Shown here piece by piece: positions 32,620 to 42,317 of a stretch of 64,000 nt of DNA; the stretch's first letter is position 1; every line of letters begins with the position of its first letter. The notes below the pieces were generated by a model. It was not told the DNA's origin. It searched no databases and saw only the letters and a program-made list of their open reading frames with translations. The translations under genes and the position numbers were made by a program. Source of the stretch: an uncultured Pseudomonadales bacterium (GTDB taxonomy: Bacteria; Pseudomonadota; Gammaproteobacteria; Pseudomonadales; JAHEIH01); assembly GCA_964598145.1 (NCBI GenBank), contig CAZRAM010000010.1:3824-67823 (forward strand), read 5' to 3'.

Positions 32620-33612
32620 TTAGTAGTTTCCACTACGTCTCGACAGGGGCCTCTCCTGCATGTTGGCAAACTGCTCACGCAACTCAAGAACGTGCTCTGC
32701 CCAATAGCGCTCTGTATTAAACCAAGGAAACGCTGGCGGGAAGGCGGGATCATTCCAACGGCGAGCTATCCAAGCCGCGTAATGCATCATACGCAGGGTA
32801 CGCAGTGGCTCGATAAGCGATAGTTGAGCGTCATCAAACTCATGAAACATTTCATAGCCCTCCAAGAGGACATCAAGCTGATCCATCTGATCGACTCTGT
32901 CACCACTGAGGAGCATCCATAGATCCTGAACGGCTGGGCCCATACGGCAGTCATCAAAATCAACAAACACCGCACGATCATCACGCCAAAGAATGTTGCC
33001 GGGGTGGCAGTCAGCATGTATCCGTATCGGTGTGTAAGGGCACTCATTAAAGCGTTGTTCAATTAACTCAAGGAGATCCCGAGTAAGCGTTTCATAGGCC
33101 TCTCGCAAGGTGCTGGGGATGAAGTCGTGACTGAGCAGGAACTTACGGCTCTCAACTCCATAACTCTCGATATTAATGCTGGGACGATGACTAAAGGGGC
33201 GTTGAGCACCAATGGCGTGAAGCCGACCTAGTGAACGTCCGAGCACTTCAATTGTGTCAAGGTTGTCCAGTTCCGGGGCGTGCCCCCCAAACCGCTCAAA
33301 CAGAGCAAAGGTAAACTCACCATCTTGGTGGGCTGTCTCTCCTGTTGATATTGCCAGCGGAGCCACCAGTGGCCATTCTGACGCTGCTAATTCCGCGCAA
33401 AACGCATGCTCTTCTGCTATCTGTGCAGGAGACCACCGAGACGGCCTGTAGAATTTTGAAATGATCGGTGACGCGTCTTCGATGCCGAGCTGAAAAACCC
33501 GATTTTCAAATGAGTTCAGAGCCGCTAGCCTTCCATCACACCGATAACCAATAGCATCGACAGCATCAAGAATTCTTTCGGGCGTTAAAGCGCTGTAGGG
33601 ATGCTCTGACAT
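32620..33612 (-). CDS. srkA: Island-borne full-length SrkA-family Ser/Thr kinase
   Basis: MSEHPYSALTP...LNSFENRVFQ...KFYRP...HADCHPGN...DFDDC...DPAFPPAFPWF; intact and clearly divergent from the host copy. Confidence 0.92.
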   Translation of the reverse strand: MSEHPYSALTPERILDAVDAIGYRCDGRLAALNSFENRVFQLGIEDASPIISKFYRPSRWSPAQIAEEHAFCAELAASEWPLVAPLAISTGETAHQDGEFTFALFERFGGHAPELDNLDTIEVLGRSLGRLHAIGAQRPFSHRPSINIESYGVESRKFLLSHDFIPSTLREAYETLTRDLLELIEQRFNECPYTPIRIHADCHPGNILWRDDRAVFVDFDDCRMGPAVQDLWMLLSGDRVDQMDQLDVLLEGYEMFHEFDDAQLSLIEPLRTLRMMHYAAWIARRWNDPAFPPAFPWFNTERYWAEHVLELREQFANMQERPLSRRSGNY

Positions 33613-33892
33613 CGTGACTCTCTGCATGCTGTATTCAGTAACAGCTATGCTACGAGATCTCGTTGCGAATACCTACTTTGAATTGAGCCTATCTGCAGAT
33701 CCTGACTAGCTCACTTTGGCCGTAAACGACCCAAACCGGACCTAAGTACTCTCTCGAGATTGAGTTGCAGCTCAGTAAAAACGCATTGTTTCACTGATTC
33801 AAATCACCCAAAAGCAGACCTTTGATCTCGTTCGCCAGCAAGGGGTGAAATGCTCATCAATACTTCTTCGTGATACTTACGAGGATAAAATA

Positions 33893-34507
33893 ATGAGTGA
33901 AGAAAATCAGAATGTACCCTGGAATAAAGGCAAACTACTCGGACAGAAACGCCCACTGAAGCTTAAAGAGATATGGGGAATCCGTATCCGTCTTGAGCTC
34001 GCAGGACAGACCCGCGATTTGGCGATGTTCAACTTGGCGATAGACAGTAAGCTCAGAGGCTGTGATTTGGTCGGGCTGAGGGTGAAGGATATTAGCCACG
34101 GAAACACCATCCAGCGCAGAGCCATTGTCGTTCAAAAGAAAACGGGGCGGCCGGTGCAATTCGAGATCACTGAGGAGACGCGTAAATCTCTTCGTGTATG
34201 GATCGATGAGAAAGGGTTAGGCAGTAATGACTTTCTATTTCCGAGTAGGATTAGCCGCGGTCGGCCCATCTCTACGCGCCAATACGCACGAATCGTCGAT
34301 AAGTGGGTCACGAGTGTCGGACTCGATCCCTGCGATTATGGGACGCATACAATGCGAAGAACAAAGCCCACGCTGATTTGCCGCCGGACTCATGATCTGC
34401 GTGCTGTGCAGCTTCTTTTGGGACACTCCAAGTTGGATAGTACTGTGCGGTACCTGGGCGTAGAGCTGGACGATGCGTTAGTTTTAGCTGAGCAGACTGA
34501 CGTGTAA
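33893..34507 (+). CDS. Small (204 aa) tyrosine recombinase
   Basis: PWNKGKLLGQKRPL N-terminus; catalytic R (KLRGCD), K (QKKTG), HTMRR, LLGH, TVRY; no arm-binding domain; GAGG RBS. Confidence 0.9.
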   Translation: MSEENQNVPWNKGKLLGQKRPLKLKEIWGIRIRLELAGQTRDLAMFNLAIDSKLRGCDLVGLRVKDISHGNTIQRRAIVVQKKTGRPVQFEITEETRKSLRVWIDEKGLGSNDFLFPSRISRGRPISTRQYARIVDKWVTSVGLDPCDYGTHTMRRTKPTLICRRTHDLRAVQLLLGHSKLDSTVRYLGVELDDALVLAEQTDV

Positions 34508-34570
34508 AAAGATCCGTCTTCAATAAAGTGGCCTTTTAGCTGCAGTGGGTTACCGTTGGTCAGCTACAAA

Positions 34571-34858
34571 TTACTCGGTAGAAGGTGGCCATTGCTGTGC
34601 GGTGTGCAATACCCGCAGAATCCGTACAGAGATCGCGTTTTCGTCGTAGACGACTACATGATTTGTCCAGATGACTAACTCTCGGGTGCCTTCTACCCGC
34701 CCAGGCCGCCCCATTCTGGGGAAGTCTTGTAATCTTGTTACTTTGTATTCAATGTCATCCTTTACACGTTGGGCCGCATCAGGATTATCATCTGCAATGT
34801 ATTCGATTATCGACAGTAGATCGGCACGGGCAGGCTCTAGCCATTCAAGTTCAGGCAC
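34571..34858 (-). CDS. Type II TA toxin, RelE/ParE family
   Basis: LEWLEPARADL...GRPGRVEGTRELVI...RILRVLHTAQQWP. Confidence 0.9.
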   Translation of the reverse strand: MPELEWLEPARADLLSIIEYIADDNPDAAQRVKDDIEYKVTRLQDFPRMGRPGRVEGTRELVIWTNHVVVYDENAISVRILRVLHTAQQWPPSTE

Positions 34859-35144
34859 CGCGACGTTTCCTGTCGATCATTGCTTGAACCTCATCCATTA
34901 CGTCCTTATGGGCAACGGTAGGACGATTATCTTGCAGAGCTTCATTCACTTTTTCTCGAAACCAGGCATCGTGAGCTTCAGGATCTGAGGTGAGCCCAGC
35001 TGGCAAGCCGCCTTCTTTAGTAATTCTGGTGAGCAAAATCCTTACCGCGTCGGAAACGGTCAATCCGAAGTTAGCTAGAGTTTCAGTTGCTTCGGTTTTC
35101 AGCTGGTCGTCGACGCGAACGTGTAACATTGATGAGTGAGCCAT
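34851..35144 (-). CDS. Type II TA antitoxin, RelB/DinJ family
   Basis: LHVRVDDQLK...GLTVSDAVRILL RHH plus HDAWFREKV; overlaps the toxin start. Confidence 0.88.
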   Translation of the reverse strand: MAHSSMLHVRVDDQLKTEATETLANFGLTVSDAVRILLTRITKEGGLPAGLTSDPEAHDAWFREKVNEALQDNRPTVAHKDVMDEVQAMIDRKRRGA

Positions 35145-35500
35145 AACTGATCCTCCAAGTAGTAACAGTATTATGTATCTCAATTGAGATACTCGCAACC
35201 TCGCGGAGGTCTATCAGTTAGATTTCGATTTGGACGTGAAGATAGTCCGGCGAAGTTCTTGCTCAAGTAGTGCAGTTAGAATCCACGGCGCCACCTCTTC
35301 AGCAGACGATAAAAGCCAGCCCTTTAGCGACGAGTGCTGGCCCATAGCGGTCCTTAAGAAATATCTAATATTCCTAGAAGCAGACGTTTAAATCCAGAAA
35401 AATATTGAATTTTCTGAGGATTATTCTTTAACCAATCCAACAGAGAGATCTAATTTCAGTCCAGTTAAGTATATAATTAAACCTTAGCTGGAGAAAGTAA

Positions 35501-35665
35501 ATGACCGGAAGAAAGCGGTATACGAAAGAATTTAAATTGGATGCTGTGAGCTTGGTGCTAGAACAAGGTCACACACGAACAGAAGTGGCCAGAATGTTGG
35601 ATGTGAGTCAGCAAATCATTGGTCGCTGGGTCAAAGAGTTTCAACAAGATGATGATGGTCAAGCT
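35501..35665 (+). pseudogene. Truncated IS3-family transposase OrfA
   Basis: RKRYTKEFKLDAVSLVLEQG...VARMLDVSQQIIGRWVKE HTH; similarity ends after DDGQA; no OrfB. Confidence 0.8.
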
Positions 35666-35786
35666 ATAAATGTGCTTTGCGAACGATTGGTTAAATTCAG
35701 ATGCCACAGAATGTTATGGGATGAAAATAAGACCCATTTACACAACTTGATATGAGACATAACGCGATACAAGCAATGGAACAAAA

Positions 35787-36866
35787 ATGAGTTTTCAATA
35801 TTTACCAAAATGCAAGGGAGTCGTTGCGTTAGCGCTTTCGGCGTCATTACTGGTGCTGTCTGCCTGCAGTGATGCACCTAAGGCAGAGGTTGAGCAAGCC
35901 CAGGTGCAAGCAGTCAAACTGGTTGAAACGATCAGTAATCCAAATCAAACCGAACGCGCCTTCCCCGCCGAAGTGTCAGCGGTTAAAACATTAGAAGTGA
36001 GCTTTGAAGTTTCGGGAAGATTAATTAAAGAGAACCTGCTGACGGGCACTATTGTCAAGCAAGGTGAAATTTTAGCTCAAATCGATCCAACGCCGTTTGA
36101 ACAGCGATTACGTGAAACCACAGCGCGATTGGATCAAGCGAAAAGAGATTTAGCTCGAACTACGTCTACGTTTGAGAAAGGGTTGTCGTCTCAAGCTCAA
36201 TTAGACGATGCTAAAACTGCTTGGGAGCTAGCGGTTATCGCTCGTGATAAGGCACAACAAGATCTGAGTTATACAACTTTAACGGCACCTTTTGATGCAC
36301 AGGTATCTGAGCGCATTGTTGAAAATAATAGCTATGTCCGCGCGGGTGAAACCGTCGCTAAAGTACAAGATGTATCGCGCTTTTATTTCAATATTAATGT
36401 ACCGGAACGTTTACTCAGCAGCTATCAAAAAGGCTCTCCCGTTGAGGCGAGTGCGAGCATTGTTTCTGCTCCGCACAAGCAATATGTGCTGCAATATGTT
36501 GAACACGCTACGCAACCTGATCCAATAACGCAAACATATAAGGTGGTGTTTGCAGCCGATGGACGCGATAGCAGCTTAACACCCGGAGCAAGAGCAGTTG
36601 TTAAAGTGACATTAGGCAATAAAACAGTTGATACCGGCGTATTAGTTCCATTTACGGCGCTTCAGGGCAACGATACCGAAGGATTTCATGTGTGGCGTTA
36701 TAACGATGCAGATTCCACAGTTAACCGCGTGAACATCAATGTGCTGCAGATTGAGGGAAGTTACGCATTAGTGAATGGTGAAATAGCGCTAGGTGAGCGT
36801 GTAGTTGCTGCAGGTGGCGCCAAAATGCGCGATGGTCTGATTGTAAAACCCTACATGGCGGAGTAA
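35787..36866 (+). CDS. RND efflux periplasmic adaptor (MFP)
   Basis: Lipobox LSA-C, SFEVSGRL, coiled hairpin, YTTLTAPFDAQV. Confidence 0.92.
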   Translation: MSFQYLPKCKGVVALALSASLLVLSACSDAPKAEVEQAQVQAVKLVETISNPNQTERAFPAEVSAVKTLEVSFEVSGRLIKENLLTGTIVKQGEILAQIDPTPFEQRLRETTARLDQAKRDLARTTSTFEKGLSSQAQLDDAKTAWELAVIARDKAQQDLSYTTLTAPFDAQVSERIVENNSYVRAGETVAKVQDVSRFYFNINVPERLLSSYQKGSPVEASASIVSAPHKQYVLQYVEHATQPDPITQTYKVVFAADGRDSSLTPGARAVVKVTLGNKTVDTGVLVPFTALQGNDTEGFHVWRYNDADSTVNRVNINVLQIEGSYALVNGEIALGERVVAAGGAKMRDGLIVKPYMAE

Positions 36867-36870
36867 TCGC

Positions 36871-39800
36871 ATGGATATCGCGCGCTACTCTATTAAAAAT
36901 CCGGTTAATGTCTGGCTAATGATTTTGGTTTTGTTAGTGGGAGGGATATTTGCACTCGGCTCAATTGGGCGCTTGGAAGACCCCGCATTTACCATCAAAC
37001 AAGTCCAAGTGGTAACGCAATTTCCGGGAGCCAGTGCGGAAAAGGTTGAGCATGAAATCACCGAGCCACTCGAAATCGCGATTCAGCAAATGTCGCAATT
37101 GCATCAATTGGAGGCAATTTCTAAACCAGGGGTATCGGAAATCACTGTAGAGGTGAAGTCTACTTTCGATTCGGATGTGCTTCCGCAGATCTGGGATGAA
37201 TTGAGGAAACGCCTACGTGATGTCGAGAAGAACCTACCGGTCGGTGCGCAAACCCCCAATGTGTATGATGATTTTGGCGATGTTTATGGCATGTATTACG
37301 CGCTAAGTGCGCCAGAGTTCTCGCCAAATGAATTGCGTGAGTTTGCTCGCATAATCAGGCGAGAACTGTTAGTGACTGAAGGGGTTGCGAAGGTTCAGGT
37401 AAGTGGCGTGCGTCAAGAACAGCTAGTTGCCTATATTAACCCGTTTGAGTTGGCCGGTTTTGGCATTTCTTTTCCTGACTTGACCAATCTATTGGCTGAC
37501 AACCTAAAACCGTTTAATGGCGGACGTATTCAGGTTGAAGGGCAAAAAGTGCGCTTGTTGGTCGAAAATCCGGTCGATCGATTAGATGAGATATATAACT
37601 TGTCTTTGGTAGTCCCTGGTACCAGCCGTTCTATTAAAATTCGAGATTTCGCTGAATTGCGTTTTGAGCCTCTCGACATTCAACCGGTGCTGATCCGATA
37701 CCAAGGACATGAAGCGATTACGTTGGCCGTGTCAGCTTTGAATGATGTCAATATTGTAGAAGTTGGTGAGCGTGTAAACGCCAAAGTTGAGCAATTACTC
37801 AGTGAACTGCCGGCCGGTATCACATTGGCCCCCATATATGATCAAGCTGCACTGGTAGACGAATCGGTACAAGGTTTTATTAACAACCTCATTTTGTCAG
37901 TTACTGTGGTAACACTCACCTTAATGGCATTTATGGGTTGGCGTAGCGGCATGGTAGTGGGTTCTGTATTACTTATTACAGTTATGGGCACCGTGTTGCT
38001 GATGTGGTTAATGGGTTTGCAGCTTGAGCGGATTTCATTAGGCGCAATGGTTATCGCCATGGGCATGTTAGTCGACAATGCGATTGTAGTGGCAGAAGGT
38101 ATGATGCTACGTATGCGTCAGGGTAAGTCTGCGATTGAAGCTGCTAGCTTTATCGTCAAGCGTACTCAGTGGCCATTGCTTGGCGCTACGGTTATCGGCA
38201 TTGCGGCGTTCTCCGGCATCGGATTGTCAGATGATGCAACAGGTGAGTTTTTGTATTCATTGTTTGCCGTTGTTATGGTTTCTTTGCTACTAAGCTGGGT
38301 GCTTGCGGCGACCGTTGTGCCGTTATTTGGTAAGTACTTCTACAAAGTAGGCACTGAAGAAGAGTCTGATACCAGTAATGGCATCGTATATACAGGGTAT
38401 TTAAAGGTGCTCACGGCAGCGCTGAAATTACGTTGGATCACCGTTGCAGTACTGCTGGCGATTACTTTGGTGGCTTATGCCGGCTTTGGTATGGTTAAGC
38501 AAGGCTTCTTCCCAGCATCCAATGCACCACTGTTTTTTGTACATTACTGGGGCCCACAATCTCAGGACATAAGACAAACTGCAGATATTGTGGCAAAAGC
38601 TGAATCTCTAATTCTTAACAGTGAACATGTTGTGTCGGTAACTAGTTTCATTGGTCGTGGTGCTGATCGTTTTACACTTACTTATGGTCCGCAGCAGCCC
38701 AATGAAAGCTACGGTTTCTTCCTCGTCAGGATGGAGTCACGTGATCAGATTGACGCTTTAATAGAGGACTTATCTGCTCGTTTGCCTAATGTTGATTTGG
38801 ATGCGCATTTTTATACCGAGCGGATGCAATTTGGACCGGGTGGCGGCGCTAAGATAGCCGCTCGTTTTTCAGGCCCTAACACTGAGGTGCTAAGAGAGTT
38901 GGCTGCTAAGGCCGAAGCCGTCATGTTGCAAGATGGGCAGATCCGCGATATTCGTCATAACTGGCGAGAAAAAGGAATGGCGCTGAATGCGCATTTCGAT
39001 GCGTTTAATGCTGGGATTGCAGGTGTTTCGCGCACAGATTTTACTCAAGCCATTCAATATGCATCTATTGGTGTTGAGCTGGGGCGTTTACAAGACGGTG
39101 ACTACAGCTACTCTATTCGTGCAAAAATGGCAGGACTCAATGTGCCAGAGGTCGATGCAATAGAGAATAGCCAGGTATGGAGCTCAGGCCAGCGAGAATA
39201 TATACCCTTCTATCAAGTGTCAGAGGGGCTAGAACTGGTTAACGAAGAAACGCAAATTCACCGTCGTAATCGATTAAGAACGATAACAGTGTTGGCAGAG
39301 CCGGGTTTTAATGAAACCGCAGGAAAGGCATTTACACGTATTCAACCGCGCATTGAGGCGATTCCATTACCAGATGGGTATTCACTGGAGTGGGGCGGCG
39401 AATACGAGTCCTCTCGAGATGCTCAACAAGCGTTGGGTACTGGTCTTCCGGTTGGCTTTTTGGTCATGCTACTGATTTCAGTGTTGTTGTTTGGTCGAGT
39501 ACGACAGCCATTGATTATTTGGTTAATCGTGCCGATGGCAGCTGTTGGTGTTGTTAGCGGGCTGCTTGCTACTGATATGCCGTTTGGCTTTATGTCCTTG
39601 CTAGGTTTCTTGAGCTTATTTGGCATGTTGATCAAAAACGCCATCGTGCTGTTAGAAGAGATAGATCTGCAAATCGCTGAAGGACGCGCGCCGAATACTG
39701 CCATTCTAACGGCAAGTGCATCAAGGTTACGACCTGTAGCGTTAGCAGCAATAACCACTATTTTGGGTATGGCGCCATTGCTGTCTGATGCGTTTTTTGC

Positions 39801-39909
39801 GGATATGTCGGTAACGATAATGGGGGGACTAGCGTTCGCTACAGTACTGACATTGATAGCAGTACCTGTGTTTTACAGTATTTTCTATCGGGTGAGTTAC
39901 CGAAAATAA
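36871..39909 (+). CDS. RND efflux permease (AcrB/AcrD/AcrF family)
   Basis: 1012 aa; GRLEDPAFTIK, GMLVDNAIVV, GMLIKNAIVL, SRLRPV. Confidence 0.93.
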   Translation: MDIARYSIKNPVNVWLMILVLLVGGIFALGSIGRLEDPAFTIKQVQVVTQFPGASAEKVEHEITEPLEIAIQQMSQLHQLEAISKPGVSEITVEVKSTFDSDVLPQIWDELRKRLRDVEKNLPVGAQTPNVYDDFGDVYGMYYALSAPEFSPNELREFARIIRRELLVTEGVAKVQVSGVRQEQLVAYINPFELAGFGISFPDLTNLLADNLKPFNGGRIQVEGQKVRLLVENPVDRLDEIYNLSLVVPGTSRSIKIRDFAELRFEPLDIQPVLIRYQGHEAITLAVSALNDVNIVEVGERVNAKVEQLLSELPAGITLAPIYDQAALVDESVQGFINNLILSVTVVTLTLMAFMGWRSGMVVGSVLLITVMGTVLLMWLMGLQLERISLGAMVIAMGMLVDNAIVVAEGMMLRMRQGKSAIEAASFIVKRTQWPLLGATVIGIAAFSGIGLSDDATGEFLYSLFAVVMVSLLLSWVLAATVVPLFGKYFYKVGTEEESDTSNGIVYTGYLKVLTAALKLRWITVAVLLAITLVAYAGFGMVKQGFFPASNAPLFFVHYWGPQSQDIRQTADIVAKAESLILNSEHVVSVTSFIGRGADRFTLTYGPQQPNESYGFFLVRMESRDQIDALIEDLSARLPNVDLDAHFYTERMQFGPGGGAKIAARFSGPNTEVLRELAAKAEAVMLQDGQIRDIRHNWREKGMALNAHFDAFNAGIAGVSRTDFTQAIQYASIGVELGRLQDGDYSYSIRAKMAGLNVPEVDAIENSQVWSSGQREYIPFYQVSEGLELVNEETQIHRRNRLRTITVLAEPGFNETAGKAFTRIQPRIEAIPLPDGYSLEWGGEYESSRDAQQALGTGLPVGFLVMLLISVLLFGRVRQPLIIWLIVPMAAVGVVSGLLATDMPFGFMSLLGFLSLFGMLIKNAIVLLEEIDLQIAEGRAPNTAILTASASRLRPVALAAITTILGMAPLLSDAFFADMSVTIMGGLAFATVLTLIAVPVFYSIFYRVSYRK

Positions 39910-39940
39910 TGGTTGGTGTTTACGTTGGGTATACAGCTAT

Positions 39941-41106
39941 GGATGTTGCGAATAAGTCCTACTGCCTGAGAGAATCCACGTCTTTCTCCTGATCGGATCA
40001 TCCAATGGATCACCAACTCACCTTTGCTGATAGCGAGTTCAATCAAAAACGCCGCAAGACTCGGAAAGAGGTCTTTTTAGGGCGAATGGATAAGTTGATT
40101 CCATGGGCTCGTTTGGAATCGATCATAGAGCCGCACTATCCTAAAGCTGGCAATAGTCGCAGACCCTATCCGCTATCGACGATGCTGCGGATCCATTGCA
40201 TGCAACATTGGTACAACCTAAGCGATCCTGCCATGGAGGATGTCCTCTATGAGATAGCCTCTATGCGCCAGTTTTCAGGACTATCGCTAGATAAGACGAT
40301 TCCTGACCATACTACGATTATGAACTTTCGACATTTGCTGGAGCGCAAGGGTCTGGCACGAAAGCTATTCGCCGAAGTTAACCAGTGGTTAGTTGAAGCA
40401 GGAGTTCTCCTGAAAGAAGGCACCTTGGTTGACGCCACAATTATCGAGGCTCCAACATCAACTAAGAATAAATCAAGAGATCGTGATCCAGAGATGCACC
40501 AAACGAAGAAGGGTAATCAATGGCACTTTGGACTCAAAGCGCATATTGGAGTGGACGCTCGTACTGGATTAACTCACAGCCTCACAACAACATCGGCAAA
40601 CGAGCACGATTTGAATCATGCCGATACCCTTCTTCATGGCGAGGAATCGTTTGTCTTTGCAGACTCTGGCTATCGCGGTGCTCATAAGCGCGAAAGTCTG
40701 AAATCTGGGAAGGCTGACTGGCATGTCGCTGAACAGCCTGGGAAGATCCGTGCCTGGAAAAAACACCCAAGGATAAACAAAGAAAAGATCCGCACTGAAT
40801 ATCTGAAAGCCAGCATACGGGCTAAAGTTGAACATCCGTTTCGGATCATCAAATGCCAGTTTGGTTTTGTAAAAGCTCGCTACCGAGGCCTACACAAGAA
40901 TGATGGTAAGTTGGCGATGCTGTTTACTCTGGCGAACATTGTGCGTGTAGATCAGATGTTACGGGCTCGATAGCAGGGCAAATCCGTCTGGAATCTGCCA
41001 ATCAGCTTCCAGACAGTGAAATTTAGGGGAGTTCTGGCTCAAATCCAGCGAAAATGGTGGCTAAAAGATCTGATTACCGAAAACTGGATACTTGATCGTA
41101 GGTTCC
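39941..41106 (+). mobile_element. IS5-family insertion sequence (IS5 subgroup)
   Basis: Imperfect 16-bp ends GGATGTTGCGAATAAG / CTTGATCGTAGGTTCC (10/16); flanked by CTAT and CTAG. Confidence 0.85.
40005..40973 (+). CDS. IS5-family transposase
   Basis: [42 protein letters not shown] (DDE residues present). Confidence 0.95.
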   Translation: MDHQLTFADSEFNQKRRKTRKEVFLGRMDKLIPWARLESIIEPHYPKAGNSRRPYPLSTMLRIHCMQHWYNLSDPAMEDVLYEIASMRQFSGLSLDKTIPDHTTIMNFRHLLERKGLARKLFAEVNQWLVEAGVLLKEGTLVDATIIEAPTSTKNKSRDRDPEMHQTKKGNQWHFGLKAHIGVDARTGLTHSLTTTSANEHDLNHADTLLHGEESFVFADSGYRGAHKRESLKSGKADWHVAEQPGKIRAWKKHPRINKEKIRTEYLKASIRAKVEHPFRIIKCQFGFVKARYRGLHKNDGKLAMLFTLANIVRVDQMLRAR

Positions 41107-41209
41107 CTAGCCTCACTCAACTGAAGGGGCATTCTGTTGTGGTCTTTGCGCCGAAATGCTGAGTTGTGTTAGATAAAAAGAACTAATCAGGTTTTTATGA
41201 CAGGAGACG

Positions 41210-41815
41210 TTGTTGGTGGCAAAAAATTCAAGGTTAGACGAACTGCTTGAACGACTTCGCAAAGCTGAAAACGATGTTTCGGAAGAGGTCGACCGGCTTC
41301 TCGAAGAGCACAAACAACGATTTCACTACACCTTTGAGCGAGGTAAGGTTAAGTTTGAAGAGGCCTTTGCAGACCTTCAGCGTCGTTACCGAGTTGGATC
41401 ATGGCAATATCTTCGCGAAGCAAAATTAAGTTACATACTCTCAGCACCAATCATTTATGGCATGGTCGTCCCGATCGCATTGCTCGATCTTTCGTTAACC
41501 ATCTACCAACAGATCTGCTTTCGACTATACGGAATACCACGCGTGAAGCGTGCGAAGTACTTTGTGTTCGACCGTCACCTATTGCAATACCTGAATACGA
41601 TCGAGAAGTTAAACTGCGTTTATTGTGGCTACGGAAATGGGGTAATGGCTTATGGTCGCGAGATCACCGCTAGAACTGAGCAGTTTTGGTGTCCGATAAA
41701 GCACGCTAGACGTCCAAGAGGCTGGCATCAGCGTTCTGACAATTTTTTCGAGTATGGCGATGCAGATGCATGGAAGGAGAAATTGAAGCGAATTCGTCAG
41801 GAGTGGCGCGACTAG
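41210..41815 (+). CDS. Hypothetical membrane-associated protein with Cys motifs
   Basis: AGGAG RBS near 41202; one hydrophobic segment; YQQICF, NCVYCGYGNG, EQFWCPIKHA. Confidence 0.7.
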   Translation: MLVAKNSRLDELLERLRKAENDVSEEVDRLLEEHKQRFHYTFERGKVKFEEAFADLQRRYRVGSWQYLREAKLSYILSAPIIYGMVVPIALLDLSLTIYQQICFRLYGIPRVKRAKYFVFDRHLLQYLNTIEKLNCVYCGYGNGVMAYGREITARTEQFWCPIKHARRPRGWHQRSDNFFEYGDADAWKEKLKRIRQEWRD

Positions 41816-41917
41816 TCTTGGTTGTCCTGATGGGTTAGGAGTCATAAAAAGTACACGATTTAATGGTACGTTTGCGACTACTATGATTCTATTGCTTAAC
41901 CTTGCTCGGCTTTCCGC

Positions 41918-42317
41918 ATGACCACCGTCTTGATACTTGATAAAAACGATACGAGTTGTGCCATGATTGAGCACTTACTGAATATGTCGGGCTTTAAAGC
42001 GCATGCCTGCCTGCGAGCGAGCATCACAGGCGTTTGCTCTGTTGATGAGGTACTTAAATACCGAAGTTTTAGTAGTCGATTACTGGTTAATAGACGAAAC
42101 GGCCATAGAGTTCTGTTCAAGACTCATTCGCTTTGATCTGAAAATACCGCTCGTAGTGATTTTGAGTGATGATGACAACGAAGCCATCAAACGAGAGTGC
42201 GAGAGTGTTGGTGCAGTGTTCTTGTCAAAATCTAAGCTTTACAGCCTTCCCGTAATTCTCAGTTCTAGAATACCCGCAGGTGTCGCCAAACCGTTGGGTC
42301 TGTCGTTCAATGGTTGA
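41918..42317 (+). pseudogene. CheY-like receiver protein frameshifted by a 4-bp duplication
   Basis: Removing one CTGC at 42011-42014 fuses ORFs 41918 and 42003 into TVLILDKND...VLVVDYWL...VVILS...FLSK. Confidence 0.75.

Noticed and set aside
32340-32823. ORFs spanning the left island end (32340..32720, 32454..32753, 32575..32823)
   Set aside because: They cross an AT-rich att region and overlap srkA sequences; no recognisable domain
31572-33627. Simple tandem duplication of srkA
   Set aside because: The copies are strongly divergent and the missing 5' part of the first lies 16.6 kb away, beyond the recombinase operon
33893-34507. Integron integrase IntI
   Set aside because: Too short, no IntI-specific insertion, and no canonical attC array recognised
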